From positions 73,158-84,683 of the forward strand of contig JBGAQA010000023.1 in the NCBI GenBank assembly GCA_044220955.1: 11,526 nt of DNA. The letters are read 5' to 3'. This stretch comes from Sandaracinaceae bacterium. GTDB taxonomy: Bacteria > Myxococcota_A > Polyangia > Polyangiales > Sandaracinaceae. The notes beneath the pieces were generated by a model. That model did no database searches. It worked only from the letters and a program-made list of their open reading frames with translations, and had not been told where the DNA came from. A program made the translations under genes and the position numbers. Positions 6,239 to 11,526 of this stretch are shown piece by piece. Within the stretch, counting starts at the first letter, position 1; each line of letters opens with the position of its first letter.

Positions 6239-8503
6239 GTGCGCCGCCTCGTCGTGCTGCTCCCGTTCCTCGCCGGCTGCCTCGCGCGAGCGGCGCCCGA
6301 GCACGCCGACCGCTGCGAGCTGCCGCCGCTCGAGGTCTCGGCTGCCGACGTCGAGGCGCTCTCGTCGATCTCGTGCGGCGCGCACACCGACACCGGATAC
6401 CGGTCGGGCTCGGCCTTCACGATCACCGTCGTCACGGTCGACGGCCACCCGGTCGAGCGCGCCACCGCGAACGCCTACTACGTGATGGCCCAGGCCGCCT
6501 CGCGCGACGGCGTCGAGATCCGGATCGTCTCGGGCTTCCGCACGATGGCCGAGCAGCAGCACCTCTACTACTGCTACACGAGCTGCTCCTGCAACAGCTG
6601 CAACCTCGCGGCGCGCCCCGGGTACTCGAACCACCAGAGCGGTCACGCGCTCGACCTCAACACCTCGAGCGGCGGGGTGTACGCGTGGCTGAACGCGCAC
6701 GGCGCGCACTACGGGTTCTCGCGCACCGTGCCGAGCGAGGCGTGGCACTGGGAATGGTGGGGCGGCGGCCCGGGCGGCGGGCCCTGCGGCGGCGGGCCTC
6801 CCCCTCCTCCGCCACCGCCCCCCGACGCGGACGGCGACGGGGTCCGATCCGATCGCGACTGCGACGACCACGATGCTCACCGCTTCCCCGGCAACCCCGA
6901 GCGCTGCGACGGCGTCGACGACGACTGCGACGGCAGCATCGACGACCACCTGACCCGCGCCTGCGGGACCGACGTGGGCGAGTGCGTCGCGGGCACGCAG
7001 ACGTGCCGCAGCGGCGACTGGGGCCAGTGCCAGGGCAGCGTCGATCCCGTGACCGAGACCTGCGATCGCCTCGACGACGACTGCGACGGCGTGACCGACG
7101 AGGACCGCGTCTGCGAGCGCGAGGAGGCGCTGCTGGCGCCCGGCACCGAGGGGCCGACGCTCGAGAGCGACGTCGACGGTGACGGGCGCGCGGACGCGTG
7201 TGCGCTGGTGAACGGGCGCTTCACGTGCTTGCTCGGAGGCCCCCACGGGATGGAGCGCGTGATGAGCGGGCCCGCGCTCGACGCCGCCGACGTGAGGGCC
7301 GCCGCGCGCGTCCGCATGGCCGACGTGGACGGCGACGGACGCGCCGACGTGTGCGCACCGCGCGGCGAGCGTCTGGCGTGCTTCGGCGCCGGCGACGCCG
7401 CCCTCGACCGTGCGATCGACGGGCCGGTGATCGGGACCTCGCTGACGAACCTCGAGCTCGCCGACGTGGACGGCGACGGGCGCGTCGACGTCTGCACCCG
7501 CGACGCCGGCGGGCTGCGCTGTCACCTCGCGAGCGGACACGGCTTCGAGCGGCTCGTCTCGCTCGACGCGCTCTCGGACGCGGGCGGCTACGCCGATCCG
7601 ATCCACCACGGCACGCTGCGCTTCGGCGACCTCGACGGCGACGGACGCGTGGACGTCTGCGCCCGGGACGCCGAGGGCGTCGACTGCTGGCGCTCGCTCG
7701 GCGATCACTGGGGCGCGCGCGTCGTCGGACCGCGCTGGAGCGACGCGGCCGGCTGGGACGCGATCGACCGCTGGAGCACGATCCGCATGATCGACGTGGA
7801 CGGCGATGCGCGCGCCGACGTCTGCGGGCGCGACGCCGGGCGCTTCGCGTGCGTGCGCTCGACCGGGACGGGCTTCGGAGAGACGTTCAGCGGACCGGCG
7901 ATGCCCGACGCCGAGGGCTGGGCCGAGCCCGAGGTCTACACGACGATCCGCATGGCCGACGTGAGCGGCGACGGATACACGGACCTCTGCGCGCGCGAGC
8001 GGGGCGGCGTGCGCTGCTGGATCTTCGACGGGCGCGGCTTCGACCGCGTGGTGGTCGGACCCGCCCTCGACGACGCGAGCGGCTGGACGAGCCCGACGCG
8101 CTACCGCTCGATCCGCCTCGCGGACGTCGATGCGGACGGACGCGCCGACCTGTGCGCGCGGGCGGCCGACGGCCTGCGCTGCTTCACGAGCGCGGAGAGC
8201 ACCTTCGATCGCGTGTGGATCGCCCCGGCGTACCGCGACGAGGCCGGGCTGATCGACGCCCGCGCGTGGGCGAGCCTGCGCCTCGCCGGAGGTCATGGCG
8301 CGCAGGGCTCGGCCGCCGCCACGCTGCGCGGCGGATGCAGCGTCGCGCACGGAGAAGGGGATGCGCCGCTCGGCGCCCTCTCGCTCCTCCTTCTCGCGGG
8401 CTGCGCGCGTCGCGCGCGGAGGTCCGAGGGGCGAGCCCAGCCTACGTCGGGCCGGCGCGTCAGCTCGCGGGGGCCGATACGCGGCCCCCTCCGCTCCGAG
8501 TGA
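6239..8503 (+). CDS. Lipoprotein with M15B (VanY-like D-Ala-D-Ala carboxypeptidase) domain, MopE-type Cys/Asp repeats, seven FG-GAP/VCBS-like repeats and a MYXO-CTERM-like tail (754 aa)
   Basis: Signal 'MRRLVVLLPFLAGC' (lipobox). M15 motifs 'SGFR', 'SNHQSGHALD' (SxHxxGxAxD) and 'EAWHW' (ExxH). Poly-Pro linker. 'DCDD...PGNPERCDGVDDDCDGSIDD' repeats. Seven D-[VL]-x-[GA]-D-[GA]-x-x-D-x-C repeats. C-terminal 'GGCSV...LSLLLLAGCARRARR'. Confidence 0.85.
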   Translation: MRRLVVLLPFLAGCLARAAPEHADRCELPPLEVSAADVEALSSISCGAHTDTGYRSGSAFTITVVTVDGHPVERATANAYYVMAQAASRDGVEIRIVSGFRTMAEQQHLYYCYTSCSCNSCNLAARPGYSNHQSGHALDLNTSSGGVYAWLNAHGAHYGFSRTVPSEAWHWEWWGGGPGGGPCGGGPPPPPPPPPDADGDGVRSDRDCDDHDAHRFPGNPERCDGVDDDCDGSIDDHLTRACGTDVGECVAGTQTCRSGDWGQCQGSVDPVTETCDRLDDDCDGVTDEDRVCEREEALLAPGTEGPTLESDVDGDGRADACALVNGRFTCLLGGPHGMERVMSGPALDAADVRAAARVRMADVDGDGRADVCAPRGERLACFGAGDAALDRAIDGPVIGTSLTNLELADVDGDGRVDVCTRDAGGLRCHLASGHGFERLVSLDALSDAGGYADPIHHGTLRFGDLDGDGRVDVCARDAEGVDCWRSLGDHWGARVVGPRWSDAAGWDAIDRWSTIRMIDVDGDARADVCGRDAGRFACVRSTGTGFGETFSGPAMPDAEGWAEPEVYTTIRMADVSGDGYTDLCARERGGVRCWIFDGRGFDRVVVGPALDDASGWTSPTRYRSIRLADVDADGRADLCARAADGLRCFTSAESTFDRVWIAPAYRDEAGLIDARAWASLRLAGGHGAQGSAAATLRGGCSVAHGEGDAPLGALSLLLLAGCARRARRSEGRAQPTSGRRVSSRGPIRGPLRSE
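8416..8494. repeat. REP-like structured palindromic element / possible bidirectional terminator hairpin
   Basis: Perfect 8-bp stem GGGGGCCG-atacg-CGGCCCCC (8469-8489), plus GCGGAGG (8416-8422)/CCTCCGC (8488-8494) and GCGAGC (8430-8435)/GCTCGC (8463-8468) inverted pairs. It lies at the junction of convergent genes. Confidence 0.45.
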
Positions 8504-8518
8504 ATCGTAGTGAGCTCT

Positions 8519-8887
8519 TCAGTTCTGGCAGAGAATGCGCTCGAGGCCGCTGACGCTGCTCGAGAGCAGCGCGTCGCGCGCCACCGAGCCCCCGGCGGTC
8601 ACGAGGTAGAGGCTCTGCCCATGGACGTGGATCGAGCGACAGGCGAGCTCGGCGCCGCGCAGCAGGGGCAGCTGCGGCATCGAGAAGACGCTGCGCGAGA
8701 GCCAGGGCGCGACGGCCGCGAGCTCGGCGCAGATCGCCGGGTCGCCGGCCGCCGCCACCGGAAGGCCCTCCTCGCTCGCGAGGACGACGGCCTCGAGGCG
8801 GCCCTTCTCGCGCGTGTGCTCGAGCTGGTAGCGGAGGGCGACGGTGGGGGACTCACTGCGGCGGAGGCGGCGTTCGACGAGCAACAT
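8519..8887 (-). CDS. Hypothetical protein with Roadblock/LC7 (MglB-like) features (122 aa)
   Basis: The pattern helix, 'LEAVVLASEEGLPVAAAG', helix 'AELAAVA', beta strands 'IHVHGQSLYLVTAG', C-terminal helix fits the Roadblock/longin topology. ATG start and normal codon usage. Confidence 0.6.
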   Translation of the reverse strand: MLLVERRLRRSESPTVALRYQLEHTREKGRLEAVVLASEEGLPVAAAGDPAICAELAAVAPWLSRSVFSMPQLPLLRGAELACRSIHVHGQSLYLVTAGGSVARDALLSSSVSGLERILCQN

Positions 8888-8964
8888 GGTGTTCGTGATC
8901 GTGGCTGGCCGCTTCGCGCGATCGCAAGAAAGCGCGATCGGATATGCTCCGAGGCGAAGCCCGC

Positions 8965-10248
8965 ATGGGACGCATCGCTTCGCTCACGCTGATCCTGACG
9001 CTCGCGCTGGCGCTCGCGCTCGCCGCCGGCTGCCGCAGCCGGAGCCTGCCGGCCTCGGGGCCGATCCGCATCGGGGTGGTGCTGCCGCAGTCCGGCGGCC
9101 TCGCGGAGGACGGACAGGCGTGGGTGCGCGGCGTGCGGCTCGCGGCCGCCGAGGTGAACGCGGCCGGCGGCCTGCTCGGCGGGCGCAGGGTCGAGCTGCT
9201 CGTCGTGGACAGCGCGACCGACTCGATGGCCGGCGTCAACGGCGCGATCGAGGTGTTGGATCAAGGAGCTGCGGTCGTCATCGGCGACGGCGGCAGCGGC
9301 GGCTCGCTCGCCATCTACGAGATGGTGACGCAGGCCGCGGCCGTCCCGCAGATCAGCGGCTCGGCGACCTCGACCTCGCTCACCACGGCCAACGGCATGC
9401 TCGCGGTAGGCGAGCGCTACTTCTTCCGGACGGCCCCGCCCGACAACTACCAGGCGCAGATCGTCGATCGCATCACGACCATGCACGCGAGCTGCACGAG
9501 CCTGGCCGTGCTCTATCAGGACGACGCGTACGGCGCCCCGCTCGGCATGGAGATCGCGCGCCTGTTCGGGATGCACGGCACGGTCACCAGCACACTGGCC
9601 TTTCCGCCGGCGCAGCCCTCGTACGCGACGGAGACGACGATGATCGCCGCGTCCACCCCGGACTGCGTCGCGCTCGTCGCCTACCCGCAGGACGCGGGCA
9701 TCATCTTGCGCAACTGGCGCGACGGCGCTCACCCGAGCGTGCAGTGGATCGGGACCGACGGCCTGTTCTCGGCCGACTTCATCAGCGAGGCCGGCTCGGA
9801 CATGCTCGTCACCGGCTTCTTCGGTGCCTCACCGCTCACCACGCCGGACACGCCCGAGTTCCACGACTTCGCGGCGCGCTACCACGCAGCGTACGGGCAC
9901 GACCCCGAGAACTTCGTCTCCAGCTACTACGACGCGACGGCGCTCGCGCTCCTGGCGATCCAGCAGGCAGGAACGACCGACGGCGCGATGGTGCGCGACG
10001 CCCTGCGGCAGATCGGCGGCCCAGGCGGCACCCGCGTCCAGCGCGCCGCCGCGCTGCGCGATGCGCTGACCGAGCTCACCTCGGCGACGCCGCGACCCAT
10101 CAACTACCAGGGCGCGAGCGGGCCCATCAACTTCGACGAGCTCGGGAACACCGTCGCTCCGTACGCCATCTGGCAGATCACCGGCATGCCGGCGACCTTC
10201 TCCACGGTCGCCGTCGTGCAAGCCGCCGACCTGATGACGGGGCCATGA
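8965..10248 (+). CDS. Type I periplasmic binding protein (LivJ/branched-chain amino acid ABC SBP-like) lipoprotein
   Basis: Lipobox 'LALAAGC', then 'IRIGVVLPQSG', 'LAAAEVNAAGGLLGGRRVELLVVDS', 'QISGSATS', 'YFFRTAPPDNYQA', 'YDATALALLA' and 'YQGASGPINFDELG'. ATG 8965 is preceded by GAGG. Confidence 0.9.
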   Translation: MGRIASLTLILTLALALALAAGCRSRSLPASGPIRIGVVLPQSGGLAEDGQAWVRGVRLAAAEVNAAGGLLGGRRVELLVVDSATDSMAGVNGAIEVLDQGAAVVIGDGGSGGSLAIYEMVTQAAAVPQISGSATSTSLTTANGMLAVGERYFFRTAPPDNYQAQIVDRITTMHASCTSLAVLYQDDAYGAPLGMEIARLFGMHGTVTSTLAFPPAQPSYATETTMIAASTPDCVALVAYPQDAGIILRNWRDGAHPSVQWIGTDGLFSADFISEAGSDMLVTGFFGASPLTTPDTPEFHDFAARYHAAYGHDPENFVSSYYDATALALLAIQQAGTTDGAMVRDALRQIGGPGGTRVQRAAALRDALTELTSATPRPINYQGASGPINFDELGNTVAPYAIWQITGMPATFSTVAVVQAADLMTGP

Positions 10249-10726
10249 GCGTGCGAATCGCCATCGCCGTCGCGTCTGCGCTGGCCCTGTCCGGCTGCGC
10301 GTCGCCCACCGTGCCGCTCTCGATCGGGTTCCCGTCGCAGGAAGCGTTCCTCGTGACGAGCACCATCGACGTCGTGGCCGTTCCGCTCGAGGGCGATCTC
10401 TCGCGCTGCCCAGCGCTGCTGGGCGATGCGATCCGCGGCATCGAAGTGCCTGCGTCGAGCGCGTCGCTCGGCCTCGTTCCGTGCGACGTCCGCGCGGGCG
10501 CGGTGCTGCCGGATCCGGGCGGCGGCGCGCACGCGTTCATCGTGCTCGGGCGCGCGACGAACGGGATCATCCTCGGGGGCTGCGCGGTCGGCGAGGCGTA
10601 CCCGGGCGGGCCGCCGATCCAGGTGGATCTGTTCCCGACGGTGACCGCGGACTACGCCGCTGCGGTGACGGCGGCGCACCTCGCGCCGGGCTCGACCGCC
10701 GACCAGCGCTGCGGTGGGAGCATGCC

Positions 10727-10730
<4 letters not shown>
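10245..10730 (+). CDS. Hypothetical lipoprotein (161 aa)
   Basis: C-terminal portion of the 8844..10730 ORF. ATGA overlap with the SBP stop, signal peptide with lipobox 'MSVRIAIAVASALALSGC', and four further Cys residues. Confidence 0.8.

Positions 10731-11526
<796 letters not shown>

Noticed and set aside
6430..6760. Vancomycin-resistance gene vanY
   Set aside because: Same M15B fold, but there is no van cluster context and the domain sits in a large multidomain lipoprotein.
8844..10244. 628-aa ORF 8844..10730 as a single protein
   Set aside because: The upstream part is an off-frame shadow of the SBP gene. The real lipoprotein starts at the ATGA overlap at 10245.

Overview
Very GC-rich bacterial chromosomal segment, by inference from Myxococcota (MYXO-CTERM-like tail, Cys/Asp-rich MopE-type repeats, orphan sigma54 activator, secreted TPR proteins). 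I support about 14 CDS: a partial beta-helix protein, a small secreted/membrane protein, an alkyltransferase-like (ATL) protein, a stand-alone cNMP-binding protein, an alpha/beta hydrolase, a DUF418 membrane protein, a small helical protein, an NtrC-family activator, a large M15B-peptidase lipoprotein, a Roadblock-like protein, and a translationally coupled SBP/lipoprotein/TPR operon running off the window. The most coherent unexplained module is the orphan sigma54 activator transcribed divergently from the peptidase gene. Their intergenic region holds tandem GACAT-N-ATGTC-type palindromes and a -24/-12 promoter, and the peptidase has an unusual architecture (lipobox, M15B domain, MopE-type repeats, 7 FG-GAP-like blades, MYXO-CTERM). 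Other signals are several apparently leaderless genes, a second sigma54 promoter with palindromes, a CTAG-bounded intergenic element with a 20-bp duplication, and a REP-like structured element in the peptidase 3' end. I found no rRNA, tRNA, CRISPR array or transposase. All family calls come from motif recognition by eye, not database searches.
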